Source: Bdellovibrionales bacterium (GTDB lineage Bacteria; Bdellovibrionota; Bdellovibrionia; Bdellovibrionales; UBA1609). From it: DNA of 64,000 nucleotides. Numbering within the stretch: the first letter of the stretch is position 1; each line of letters starts with the position of its first letter. The position numbers and the translations under genes were made by a program. Location of the stretch: contig OZ241329.1 of NCBI GenBank assembly GCA_965199825.1, forward strand, positions 1,664,001-1,728,000, read 5' to 3'. The notes beneath the pieces were generated by a model that ran no database searches, was not told where the DNA came from, and saw only the letters and a list, made by a program, of their open reading frames with translations. This document shows positions 27,958-38,200 of this stretch, piece by piece.

Positions 27958-29157
27958 ATGGCTCGAAAAGTTTTACTGGTTTATAGCGGCGGACTCGACA
28001 CATCGATTTGTATTCCGATGATGCGTGAAGAATATGGTTATGACGATGTGGTTACGGTGACGGTGGACGTAGGGCAAGATCCTGCAGACATTGTTCAGGC
28101 AAGCGAAAAAGCGGCAATCCTCAAGACCGAACATTATACAGTGGATGCTAAAGAAGAATTTATCAAAAAATTTTGCTGGCCCTCTGTTATGCACAATGGA
28201 GACTATCAGGGGTATCCGATGTCGACTTCGATTGCGCGGCCCTTGATTGCGGCAAAAGCTGTGGAGATGGCAAAAAAATTGGGCATCACTTCTTTTGCTC
28301 ATGGCTGCACCGGCAAGGGCAACGATCAATACCGAATTGAATTTGGCATTCGAAGTCTTTTGCCCGAGGCCACAATCCATGCCCCAATTCGCGAAAAAAA
28401 TCTGACCCGAACTTGGGAAATTGAATATGCCCAAAAAAAATCAATTCCGATTCAACAATCGCTCAATAAAATTTGGTCCATAGATGAAAATCTTTGGGGC
28501 CGCTCCATTGAGGGAGGAAGATTAGAAGAGCCAAACTTTAAACCACCAGAAGAAATTTTTGTATGGACAAAAAGCCGCGAGACCGCCAATAAAAAACCTC
28601 TCGACATCACGCTGCAATTTGAAAATGGAATTCCTGTCGCGATCGATAAAAAACACTATTCGCCAGCAGCACTCGTACAAAAAATGAATGAGCTAGCGGG
28701 TGATCATGGAATTGGTCGGATTGATATTATGGAAGATCGAATGATGGGTCTCAAAGTTCGTGAAAATTATGAGTGTCCAGGATCAACCGTGATTCTCAAA
28801 GCTCACAAAGCCTTGGAGAATCTTGTGCTCACTCGCGATGAAATTCGTTTCAAAGCGCAAGTGGACCAAGAGTGGAGTCGCCTCGCGTACGAGGGACTCT
28901 GGTGGGATCCTTTAAAAGAATCTCTTGAGGCATTTGGTCAACACTCACAAACTCGTGTCACTGGCGAAGTCGCAATCAACCTTTTTCAAGGACAAGCGAT
29001 CATCACCGGCCGTGAATCAAAGTGGGCACTTTATTCTGAAGATTTAGCATCTTTTGATACCCAAACCTTTGATCAACGTGAGAGCACAGGAAGTGTCAAA
29101 AATTTTGGACTCCAATCTCGGATGTACATGCATCTTAAAAATCAAATAGGAAAATAA
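27958..29157 (+). CDS. argG: Argininosuccinate synthase
   Basis: YSGGLDTS, HGCTGKGNDQ.R, SIDENLWGRS.E. Confidence 0.97.
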   Translation: MARKVLLVYSGGLDTSICIPMMREEYGYDDVVTVTVDVGQDPADIVQASEKAAILKTEHYTVDAKEEFIKKFCWPSVMHNGDYQGYPMSTSIARPLIAAKAVEMAKKLGITSFAHGCTGKGNDQYRIEFGIRSLLPEATIHAPIREKNLTRTWEIEYAQKKSIPIQQSLNKIWSIDENLWGRSIEGGRLEEPNFKPPEEIFVWTKSRETANKKPLDITLQFENGIPVAIDKKHYSPAALVQKMNELAGDHGIGRIDIMEDRMMGLKVRENYECPGSTVILKAHKALENLVLTRDEIRFKAQVDQEWSRLAYEGLWWDPLKESLEAFGQHSQTRVTGEVAINLFQGQAIITGRESKWALYSEDLASFDTQTFDQRESTGSVKNFGLQSRMYMHLKNQIGK

Positions 29158-29159
29158 TC

Positions 29160-30539
29160 GTGGCTTTGTGGGGTGCTCGTTTTAGTGGTGAAACAAATAA
29201 GATGGTCGAAGCTTTTTCATCTTCGATCGATATCGATCAACGTCTGTGGAAAGTCGATATTCGATCTTCAATTGCCCACGCCCAAATGCTTGGGCACCAA
29301 CATATCCTTGAGCAAAATGATGTCACCGATATAGTTAATGGTCTTAAACAGATTGAATCCGATTTGTCAGATAAACGCTGGAGCTTTCCTATAGACGCCG
29401 AAGATATTCACGGTGCTCTTGAAGACCGTTTGTTTGAATTGATTGGCGAGCCCGCAAAACGGCTTCACACCGCACGCAGCCGCAACGATCAAATCGCCAC
29501 GGATACCCGTTTGTTCTTGAGCGAAAGTGTTGAGCAGTTGTTAGAAGATCTCAACGATCTAAAAAAAATGTTTTTGAAGCATGCCGAAGAAAATATAAAT
29601 ACCCTGCTTCCTGGTTTGACCCATTTTCAAAATGCCCAACCCGTGAGTCTTGCACATCACCTTTTGAGTTATTTTTGGATGCTCGAGCGTGATTGCCAAA
29701 GGCTACGTCAAAGTCTACCGCGTATTTTGCAATTGCCCCTCGGCTCGGCCGCACTGGCGGGTACAGGATTTCAATTGGATCGCCAAATGGTCGCAAAAAA
29801 ATTAGGTTTTCACGGCGTCATTGCGAACAGTATGGATGCGGTTTCTGATCGCGATTTTGTGATTGAATTTTTAAGTGATTCTTCAATTTGCATGATGCAT
29901 CTGTCGCGATTTTGCGAAGAGATTATTTTGTGGAATTCTCAAGCTTTTCAATTCGTCGAGCTCGGTGACGCGGTGACAACCGGATCCTCAATCATGCCCC
30001 AAAAGAAAAATCCGGATGTGGCCGAACTCATTCGCGGCCGTGTGGGCCGAAGTTACGGCGCGCTGATCGGAGCTCTTACGATGATGAAGGCTCTGCCACT
30101 CACTTACAATCGCGACATGCAAGATGATAAGGTTCATCTCTTTCAAGGTCTCGACAATGTGATGTCCTGCGTGCGCCTCACAACCATTATGCTCCAAAAT
30201 TTAAAATGGCGATCCGACAGGATGGCTCAAGCGTTAAGCGGTGATTTTTCGAATGCCACCGATCTTGCCGATGATTTGGTAAAAAAAGGAATTAGCTTTC
30301 GTGAGGCCCACGAGATTGTGGGTCGAATTGTAAAATCGTGTTTGGCAAATGGACAATACTTGGAAAATTTAAGTCAATCAGAACTAAAACTGCACCACCC
30401 CCTGTTTGATCAAAGGAGTGTAGAGGTCTTAAAACACGTGGCTGTGATGAGTGCGCGCGTTTCCGAAGGCGGTACAGCTCCTGCGGCAGTCAAAGAACAA
30501 CTTGAAAAAGCTCGTCGAATCACTGATTTCAAAAACTAA
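29160..30539 (+). CDS. argH: Argininosuccinate lyase
   Basis: LWGARF, HTARSRNDQ, GSSIMPQKKNPD. Confidence 0.97.
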   Translation: MALWGARFSGETNKMVEAFSSSIDIDQRLWKVDIRSSIAHAQMLGHQHILEQNDVTDIVNGLKQIESDLSDKRWSFPIDAEDIHGALEDRLFELIGEPAKRLHTARSRNDQIATDTRLFLSESVEQLLEDLNDLKKMFLKHAEENINTLLPGLTHFQNAQPVSLAHHLLSYFWMLERDCQRLRQSLPRILQLPLGSAALAGTGFQLDRQMVAKKLGFHGVIANSMDAVSDRDFVIEFLSDSSICMMHLSRFCEEIILWNSQAFQFVELGDAVTTGSSIMPQKKNPDVAELIRGRVGRSYGALIGALTMMKALPLTYNRDMQDDKVHLFQGLDNVMSCVRLTTIMLQNLKWRSDRMAQALSGDFSNATDLADDLVKKGISFREAHEIVGRIVKSCLANGQYLENLSQSELKLHHPLFDQRSVEVLKHVAVMSARVSEGGTAPAAVKEQLEKARRITDFKN

Positions 30540-30704
30540 TGACCGCAATAAAAACATCTATTGTTGCAAGGTCATTTGGTTTTCTGTTACTAAACCCAAC
30601 ATGTGTACATATCATTACACCCATTTTTTAATGCTGAACTTGCCTCATTTGCATTGGCAGTCGCGAATTTAAATCCGTTTAAAAAATTTTATTAAGGGCA
30701 AGCA

Positions 30705-31838
30705 ATGAGCAAAAACATTTTCTTTTTAATTATTTTTTCTATGAGTGCGGCTGTAGCGCAAGAAACAATGCGCGCCCCACTTGAGAGTTACACGACCAAA
30801 CAAAATCCCTATAAAACATCCTGGGGACTTGGCCTTTACTCTCGTGGAGTGAGCGACTCGGTCGAAAAAAGTGTGGCCACCGGACTTGGCGCCACAGGCA
30901 CTTTAGAATTTAGTCCCGAGCGTTGGTTGAAAACCACAATCACTCCCGGCTTTGTGGTCGAAAGCGGAAGTCTTGCGTCTCTGTACGATGCGAACGTTCC
31001 ACGAAATCAAATCTTTCTTGATCAAGCGGTGGTGCAAGCAACTCCAATTTCACAGGTGAGGCTTGCGGCTGGGGCAATCAATCAGCGCTTTCTCGAAAGT
31101 CCATTGTTGATTGATGCTCAGTCTTTTCCTGCAGCGTTTGAATCTTTGAGCGATCACACTGACAACACAAAATGGTCGCTCACGGCTCAGCAGGCCATTC
31201 CGACTTCGATCAGTTTATCGACGATGACCAGTGATAAAGAACCTCTACCTACATTTTTCACATTTTCGGCACGAGGCGAGTGGGCGCCAAATCCAGAATT
31301 AAATTTTGTGGCAAGGGCTTCCCGATTTGCATTTAGCAATCTGCCCACCCAGGTGGCCTACAAGAGTTCTTTGAATGGAAACAAATGTGTCACTGGAGAT
31401 GTCCCACAGAATATGCGGTTTAATTGTGGCTTTGCGGGCTACACAGCGGGTCTACAGGCCAATTCAAGTGTATACAAAGATTATTTAGTGAGTGTTGGTG
31501 GAGACTACATTCTCAATCCCGAAGCTCCAAGTGGTCAAAACCAAGGATATCTTACTTTTGGCCAAGTGAGATTTGCTTTAAATCCGGCATGGCAAATGAC
31601 CACACGAGGCGAATTCTTTTTTAATGAATCCGATGCCTCTCCCTCGTTTTACAATGCGGTGGCCTTTGGCCATAGCAATCGTCAAGGTTATGCGGCCGAT
31701 TTCAAATTTGAAAATCGGGTGCAGCACTTTGGTATTCGTGCACGTTATGTGGACGCACGCTTAGTCGAAGAAAATGATAATCAAACGGACACATCTATTT
31801 TTTATTTAGGTTTGGAGCTCTCTGGTGTCGAAATTTAA
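30705..31838 (+). CDS. Outer-membrane beta-barrel (porin-like) protein
   Basis: Signal (AVA), many amphipathic strands, C-terminal IFYLGLEL strand. Confidence 0.7.
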   Translation: MSKNIFFLIIFSMSAAVAQETMRAPLESYTTKQNPYKTSWGLGLYSRGVSDSVEKSVATGLGATGTLEFSPERWLKTTITPGFVVESGSLASLYDANVPRNQIFLDQAVVQATPISQVRLAAGAINQRFLESPLLIDAQSFPAAFESLSDHTDNTKWSLTAQQAIPTSISLSTMTSDKEPLPTFFTFSARGEWAPNPELNFVARASRFAFSNLPTQVAYKSSLNGNKCVTGDVPQNMRFNCGFAGYTAGLQANSSVYKDYLVSVGGDYILNPEAPSGQNQGYLTFGQVRFALNPAWQMTTRGEFFFNESDASPSFYNAVAFGHSNRQGYAADFKFENRVQHFGIRARYVDARLVEENDNQTDTSIFYLGLELSGVEI

Positions 31839-34800
31839 AGTTTTAGTTTTAATTTTACCGCTTGTTATTTCTTGCACAAAAGCGACCCGCTCAGGATCGA
31901 GTGGCATGGCCAGTTATTACGTGGCCCGAATTCCTCCCGCAGATATTCCGTCGCAAACCACCTCGGTGGTCAAAGGCTGGAGCGGATTTCCAAATCAAAA
32001 AACATTTTATTTTAAAACTTGTTTATGGAATATGCTCCAAAACCAATCCATCATTGGTCACGCGTTTAGCATTACGGGACCCGATCAGCCTAAGACCAAC
32101 CCCGAGCAGCCAAAGACAGATCCTTATGGATGTCTCAATTGGTCTGAGGTTATCGATTTCGATCCGTTAGCTCAGCCGACGTTTTTGCAAATAGAAAGAA
32201 CATTTGTTCCTCACGGTCTTCACCGCGGAAATCGCACCGTTTCTTTCGCCATTAATCCATGGTCGCACTTTAACGGCGGCGAAGCCGATGTTGTTGACCG
32301 CACGATTAGCAGTTTGGCCGTTGCGCGTATCGAACCTTTTAAAAAGGAGGCGCTCCTTTCTAAAAATTCTAAACACAATGTTCCGATGTCGATCGAAACT
32401 GTGAGCTACGACACTCTCAGTGTGAACGATAGTCTCAGTAAGAGTGTTGTCGATATCAGCTTTATTCCCTCTTATGTGCTCACGTCGATGACGGGTGAAA
32501 CTCAACCGCCAACTCCTTTTTTAGAAGGTCAATTTAGAGTTAAGCCCTATTTGATTCACAAATCTTTGGGCGGTAGTTCTGAAATGATGTGGCAAGATGT
32601 GTCGCCACAAATTGCCGAAGTCAAAAGTGGATCGATGGCTAGTGTGCAGTTTCGTGATGTACGTTTTGCCCGAGACCTTGAGTCCACGGGGACATACCAA
32701 TTGTTACTTGAGGTTGAGCCTGTTAACGGCCCCGCCGGCTTAAGCAATTTTCGCCAAGTGTATTTACTTGGGGATATGAAAAACGCCAAAGGGGGATCAA
32801 GTTTTAAACGTGATCCTTCGGCTCATATTGCGGATCTCAACCAAGTTCAAATCGAGAGCTATAAAAGCGAAATTGCACCACCTGCAGAAACGACTACCGC
32901 TAAAGCAATCCGTCTTGGAAAAACAAAAATCGACGTGTTCGAGGTGGGCAATGATTTTGGAGATCGAAGAAAGCTACAGATCAACATTGCAGCTCCTGTA
33001 GTGGATCGCGATTTTAAACCCTTAAGACCGGATTTGCCCTTTATAGTCGAGTTTGAGCCTCTAGGTGATGGACCAAAATTGGAATTTAAAAAGAGTGAGG
33101 TTAAAACCGAACTTGGAGGAATTCTTTACTTGCGAAGTGAGATTCTGCACTCCAATTTTTATAAACAACAAAAGAAAATCCCCTATATTTTGCGGGCTCA
33201 TTATCAGACACAAGATCAAAAGGAAACCGCAATGGATTCACTCACCGCGGAGCGTGTGATTTGTTTAAATCCAAGTGCTCAAGGAGCGTTTGATACCGAT
33301 CAGGTTTATTTCACCAATGGTCAGTGCCCCAATCAACCTGACGCTGATGAGAAGCCAACGTTAAAGCTCACAGACTTGATGTGGAAACTAAGTCCACATC
33401 CAGCGCTCTACAGTGTGGATCAAAATCTAACCTTAAATTCAAAAATGTTTATGACCGTGTCCTTAGCGCCAGATATTTATCGCTACGACGGGCCTGATCG
33501 CAAGCAAGCCAAGGCCGAAGGCTTAGTAAATGGTTATTATTTACTCACGGTTATGACTTTGTTTAACGACACCGTCAACAATCGCGCCGATCAGATTTTG
33601 ACAAGCACACAAGGTGTGGTGAAGTCCGAAGGTGGAAAAATCGAGGCTGAGATTGAACTCTTGGTCAACAGCAACAATGCTCTTCCTTTGATGACTCAGC
33701 CAAATTATGTGGCGGTACAGGTTTCACAAATTGATCAAAGTGATCTTCGGTTTGACGCCCAAAAACATGCAAAAAACTTTCGTGTTTTGGATTCGACTGA
33801 AACTGACTTGGTCAGCGTTCCTTCGATCTTCGAGATTTCTCCGGATGGGAGCGGCGCACCTGTCAAAGACCGCAACAACCTCAATAAGGATCAAAAATAT
33901 TTAAGTGATATTTATAACGAACTTGATCACAAACCGCTGTGGGAGCGCCATCTTGTTTGGGCCAAGGGAACTCAAAAATATTCGTCTCAGCCTAAAACTG
34001 ACCAAGAGATCGCAAGCTCTTGGAAAGAATTTGGCAATAAACTTAAAACCAAAACCTTTGAATTTTCCTCGCAAGGGGACCTTGATCAGTTTTTAAAAGA
34101 AAGCATTCCTCCTAGAGAATATGGACCCTCGTTTAGAGGCATTGCCCAATCGGATGCGATTGAAACTTTCAAATGTTTAGACCAAGCCAATTGGGGTTTT
34201 AAAGATTCGGTACCCACATGTGGAAAAATCAAACATGTTTTTAAAGCGGCCCGTCGCTTGTGTCCCTTGTTTGAATCCGAATTCATTTGTAGCCGTTCGC
34301 CTTTTGAATATCTCAAGGCCGAAACAAAAATCTTCGCCTACGATGTCGACCAAAATGTTCCATCAGAAGATGTCTACATGGGTGGCATTCCGACAAATAT
34401 TGGTGTGAACAATATGTTTGGAATTGGATCTTATTTTGGCAGTGATGTGGGTCAATCCAATACATCGACCGGTGCTTTGAGTTTAGGTGCAAATCAGTTG
34501 GGTGCCGCAGGCTTCAATGCCCACCTTTATCCTGGTGGTATGGCCGCAATCGGGCTTGCGAGTGTTTCAACCACAAGGAGCGAATCGGCATTTATGATCG
34601 ATTTCTCCAGAAACTATCGTGAGAACATGAGCTATATGGGGAACACCGCAGCCCTGAAAATTGAAATCACCGATGCGATGATTCATCTCAAAAAGTCGCG
34701 AACCTGTTATTTGCTTCGCAGTCCGAAGATGGTTCATGAAACCGAAGGTGGATTTTTATTTTGTGAGCAACCCAAGACCGCACCCGAAGGTCATCCCGAC

Positions 34801-35277
34801 AAAGCACTTGAGCGATATGTGTCGGTTTATAATATTCCGGCAAGTGGAGCGATGGTCAGTCCCTATGATTTGAAAAACCGATTTATGGTCCATTTCCGTG
34901 GCGAGCGTGACTACTACAAGTTTATGAAACTTTTCGCCAATGACCTCAAAGGTTATCAAATTGGCGGAGTTCCAACTCCTGTGAGCGACATGCTCATGCG
35001 TTGTGTATACCCCGAGGTAAAAGCCCAACTCCCAATGGTCGATGGCATTATTTCGAGTACTTTTCCTGGTGTTAACGTTTACTCGCGGATTGCCAATCGT
35101 GGGGCCGACCGAAATTTTAATAGTTGGTTGGGAGATGTCCCTAACATCGTGAATGTCTTTAATCCGCTAGAGTCCTTTGGAACGAAACGGGTGACCAACA
35201 CCAACGACATGAATAGTGAAGTGATCGAGGATCTTCCAAAATACAGTAAGGCGCACTACTTGTGTCCAAGACGTTAA
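31825..35277 (+). CDS. Giant lipoprotein A (1150 aa), beta-rich, unknown function
   Basis: Lipobox VISC; overlaps the barrel gene by 14 nt; paralog of the next gene. Confidence 0.8.
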   Translation: MSKFKVLVLILPLVISCTKATRSGSSGMASYYVARIPPADIPSQTTSVVKGWSGFPNQKTFYFKTCLWNMLQNQSIIGHAFSITGPDQPKTNPEQPKTDPYGCLNWSEVIDFDPLAQPTFLQIERTFVPHGLHRGNRTVSFAINPWSHFNGGEADVVDRTISSLAVARIEPFKKEALLSKNSKHNVPMSIETVSYDTLSVNDSLSKSVVDISFIPSYVLTSMTGETQPPTPFLEGQFRVKPYLIHKSLGGSSEMMWQDVSPQIAEVKSGSMASVQFRDVRFARDLESTGTYQLLLEVEPVNGPAGLSNFRQVYLLGDMKNAKGGSSFKRDPSAHIADLNQVQIESYKSEIAPPAETTTAKAIRLGKTKIDVFEVGNDFGDRRKLQINIAAPVVDRDFKPLRPDLPFIVEFEPLGDGPKLEFKKSEVKTELGGILYLRSEILHSNFYKQQKKIPYILRAHYQTQDQKETAMDSLTAERVICLNPSAQGAFDTDQVYFTNGQCPNQPDADEKPTLKLTDLMWKLSPHPALYSVDQNLTLNSKMFMTVSLAPDIYRYDGPDRKQAKAEGLVNGYYLLTVMTLFNDTVNNRADQILTSTQGVVKSEGGKIEAEIELLVNSNNALPLMTQPNYVAVQVSQIDQSDLRFDAQKHAKNFRVLDSTETDLVSVPSIFEISPDGSGAPVKDRNNLNKDQKYLSDIYNELDHKPLWERHLVWAKGTQKYSSQPKTDQEIASSWKEFGNKLKTKTFEFSSQGDLDQFLKESIPPREYGPSFRGIAQSDAIETFKCLDQANWGFKDSVPTCGKIKHVFKAARRLCPLFESEFICSRSPFEYLKAETKIFAYDVDQNVPSEDVYMGGIPTNIGVNNMFGIGSYFGSDVGQSNTSTGALSLGANQLGAAGFNAHLYPGGMAAIGLASVSTTRSESAFMIDFSRNYRENMSYMGNTAALKIEITDAMIHLKKSRTCYLLRSPKMVHETEGGFLFCEQPKTAPEGHPDKALERYVSVYNIPASGAMVSPYDLKNRFMVHFRGERDYYKFMKLFANDLKGYQIGGVPTPVSDMLMRCVYPEVKAQLPMVDGIISSTFPGVNVYSRIANRGADRNFNSWLGDVPNIVNVFNPLESFGTKRVTNTNDMNSEVIEDLPKYSKAHYLCPRR
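32080..32121 (+). repeat. Imperfect 21-bp tandem duplication (PDQPKTN/PEQPKTD)
   Basis: CCCGATCAGCCTAAGACCAAC followed by CCCGAGCAGCCAAAGACAGAT. Confidence 0.7.
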
Positions 35278-38200
35278 ATTTAATTTGTTTATTTGGTCTG
35301 GTGGCTTGCGGGCAGCGCTCTGAGCGCGGCTCGATGATTTATGCCGCCAACATTTCTGGGAAGGCGCTGACATTTAATGCATCCGAATTTGAATGGGGTC
35401 TTCCTGATCATAGGGTAATTCAATTCAACGCTTGTCTTAAAGATCACTCGCGCGAAGGTGCGATTCAAAACCAAGCGATTGAAATTCTGAAATCCGATCG
35501 GACTGTGGTTGATCAAGAGATTGCACCCAAAACGGATCGTGATGGTTGTTTTAGTTGGACCGAAGATTTTGCGGTAGAAAGTCTTAAATCTCCTCACTAT
35601 ACCAAGATCACCCGCATACTAAAACCGCAGAGCACCTTTCAACCAATCGAAGTTCACTTAGCCATAAATCCTTGGGAAGGTATCAACGGCAACGAGACTG
35701 CAGTGATCAATGCCGATCAATTTGCCCAGATAAAAAATGAAACGGTCAATTCATCTGCTCCGATCGAATTTTTGGTCGATCGTGTTTCATATCAAATAGA
35801 TTTTGATTATACACAGATGCAGGCAGACGGTCTTAAAGGACAATTGATTCTTTCATTCGCACCAAGCATCAAACTGGTCGGAATGACAGGCCGTGAAAAA
35901 GCTCTTAAACTGACCAAAGGGTTGCTCAGAATCAAGGCCCAAATTTGGCGTCAAGCTGAACACGGTTCTGCCACCCTCATCGCTGAGACCCCATCAACTC
36001 AGGATGCGATTCGTTTTCGCAATCAGGATTTTACTTCAGGACGCCTGCCACTAATTTTTAAAACAAATAAGTTGGATGCTCCGGGTACTTATTTTTTATC
36101 GCTCTATGCAGAACCGCAAAATGCTCCACAAGGATTGGCGGCACTTCAACGTAATTTCCGGCTTGGTGGAAGTCTTGACGAAGCGGGTTCGGCAAAATTC
36201 GATTCTGCATTTTTGGTTCCTCAACAGGTGCAAAATATAAATCCCTTAAGCGTGGTCGAAAGTTATCGTTTGGACATTGTGAGCGGTTCGATCGAAGAAG
36301 TTTCGCGCGAGAAGACCGAAGGCCAAAACGAAGTGACCGCGCGCATTCGCTTTGAAGCGCCCATAATTAATCCGTTATTAAAAACGGCTGTGGTCAATCG
36401 AGAATTTAAAATCTCGTCGCTTCAAGATCCCCAAGTTGAAATTTTTTGTGATCAAAAAAAATTGTGTAAAACTGACGAAGATGGAATTTTAAGATGGGTC
36501 GATCAGTTGACCTATGCCCCCTATGAAAAAATTAAACCTCGTGGACGCACTTACAAATTACGATTGGTGGATGCTAAAACTGGTGAGAGTGTGGCCCAGG
36601 ATATTGAGATTAATCCTCAAACTACCAATACCCAGTCAAAAATTGTAGATCCCCGTGAGGCAAAAAACAGGGCTGATTCCACCGTGCCGGATCAGCAACC
36701 CGAATTCCGAATCCAAAAAATTTGTTTAACCAAAGTTTTGTCGCGAGAAATTGCCGAAGTCGACAATCAAATGTACCTCAATTTGCGAAATAAATTTGAT
36801 GTGGTGATGAAGCCTAGGATTCTTAGATTTGATGATCCTGCATTTGGGCTTCAAGCACCTTATCAGCTTCCACGGGTTGGCGATTATCTTTTAACGATGG
36901 TTGTTTATCCTTCGCCAAATAAAACAGATCAGCCCATCACTTCACACCAACAGATTTTTCATTATTCGGGTGGTCCCGTTGTTCAATTTCCTTTTGAGCT
37001 ATTAGTGAGCAATGCTCATCAAGAATTGCAAAATGCCTTTGTCCTAGCGCAATTGTCGTTTGTCGATCAAAAAACAAAAACGGCACTTCACACCGACTTT
37101 AAAACTCCAGTAATGGCCTTTGATTTTAGTTTGAATGATCCGGGAACTTGTCAGCAATTTGTGGATCAGGGCAATTTTATCGATCAACAAAAATCCTTGG
37201 TCGAGTATAACAATAAAGATCTTAATGAGGATCATCAGAACTACCAAGCTCAGCTTAAAAAACATAGTGATGACTTTGATCAACTTGCTGAGGATCGAAA
37301 AAATTTCGAATGGATCAACGATGCTCAAAGATTTGAAGTTAGACCATTGCTTGTTACCGATAATGGATTAAAAGCCGACGGTTTTTTAGACGTCAATCAA
37401 ACACAAATGGAAAATGCGCTGAGCTGCCTTGAGAAATCAAGTTGGGCACAAAATTTTCAAATGCCAAATTGCCTTAAATCTTGGGCGCCCATCTATCAAT
37501 CGATATGCTCTCATTTTTTTGAAGGTGTTGATCAAGCCAAGCGGTACAAATCCAATACATCTCACGATGTTCAGTTTGATCCCGAAATTTATTCGGCTCG
37601 ACAGCGCTTTGCGAGTTTGCTCCAGGAATGCACGGAACGACCCGACCGCTATTTTGCGACATATAAACAGACTTACGTATATAAACATAAAGGATCAACC
37701 AACCAAAACTCGATGTCGACTTCGGTTCCGGTCACGCGCAATTATAACATCGGTGTTTTTGGCGGCAGCGATTTTATGCGTGAGTCCAATTTCAACATCG
37801 GCGCCAAGGCAATTTTATTGTTTCCACTTAACGAGATCAGAAAGTCGTTAAAACTTACTAAAGCCCAGCGAATCATTGCAAATGCTCCTCCTTTAGGAAT
37901 GTCCTATGCGGATGCCACCAAAAATATAATAATAGCGTTTGAGGAAGAAGGCTTCGCGACGCCCAAGCTTCCGGTGCTTGCCCGAGGTTATGATCGGTTC
38001 GAGCAAATCTATGAGTTTGAAACTCTCAACAATGAATCTGCTCTGACAACCAATGCCAGTTTTAATGTTGAAACATTCAATATGGATATTGAGGTCGGCA
38101 GCTCTCGGGATTGTTATCAGTTAAGTGCGAACACAGACTTCTTTATCGATGCGTTGATGCTTGATAACGTTGGCGAGATATTAAAAGATCAGTCGCGCTA

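Noticed and set aside
27973..28434. Longer antisense or alternate-frame ORFs (this one, 15490-15933, 37429-37851, 60029-60433 and others)
   Set aside because: They are shadows of well-supported genes, with no recognisable motifs
30540..30704. 165-nt intergenic region and 73-aa ORF (30451-30672) as a possible sRNA or leader peptide
   Set aside because: No recognisable structure, terminator or RBS; the ORF overlaps argH
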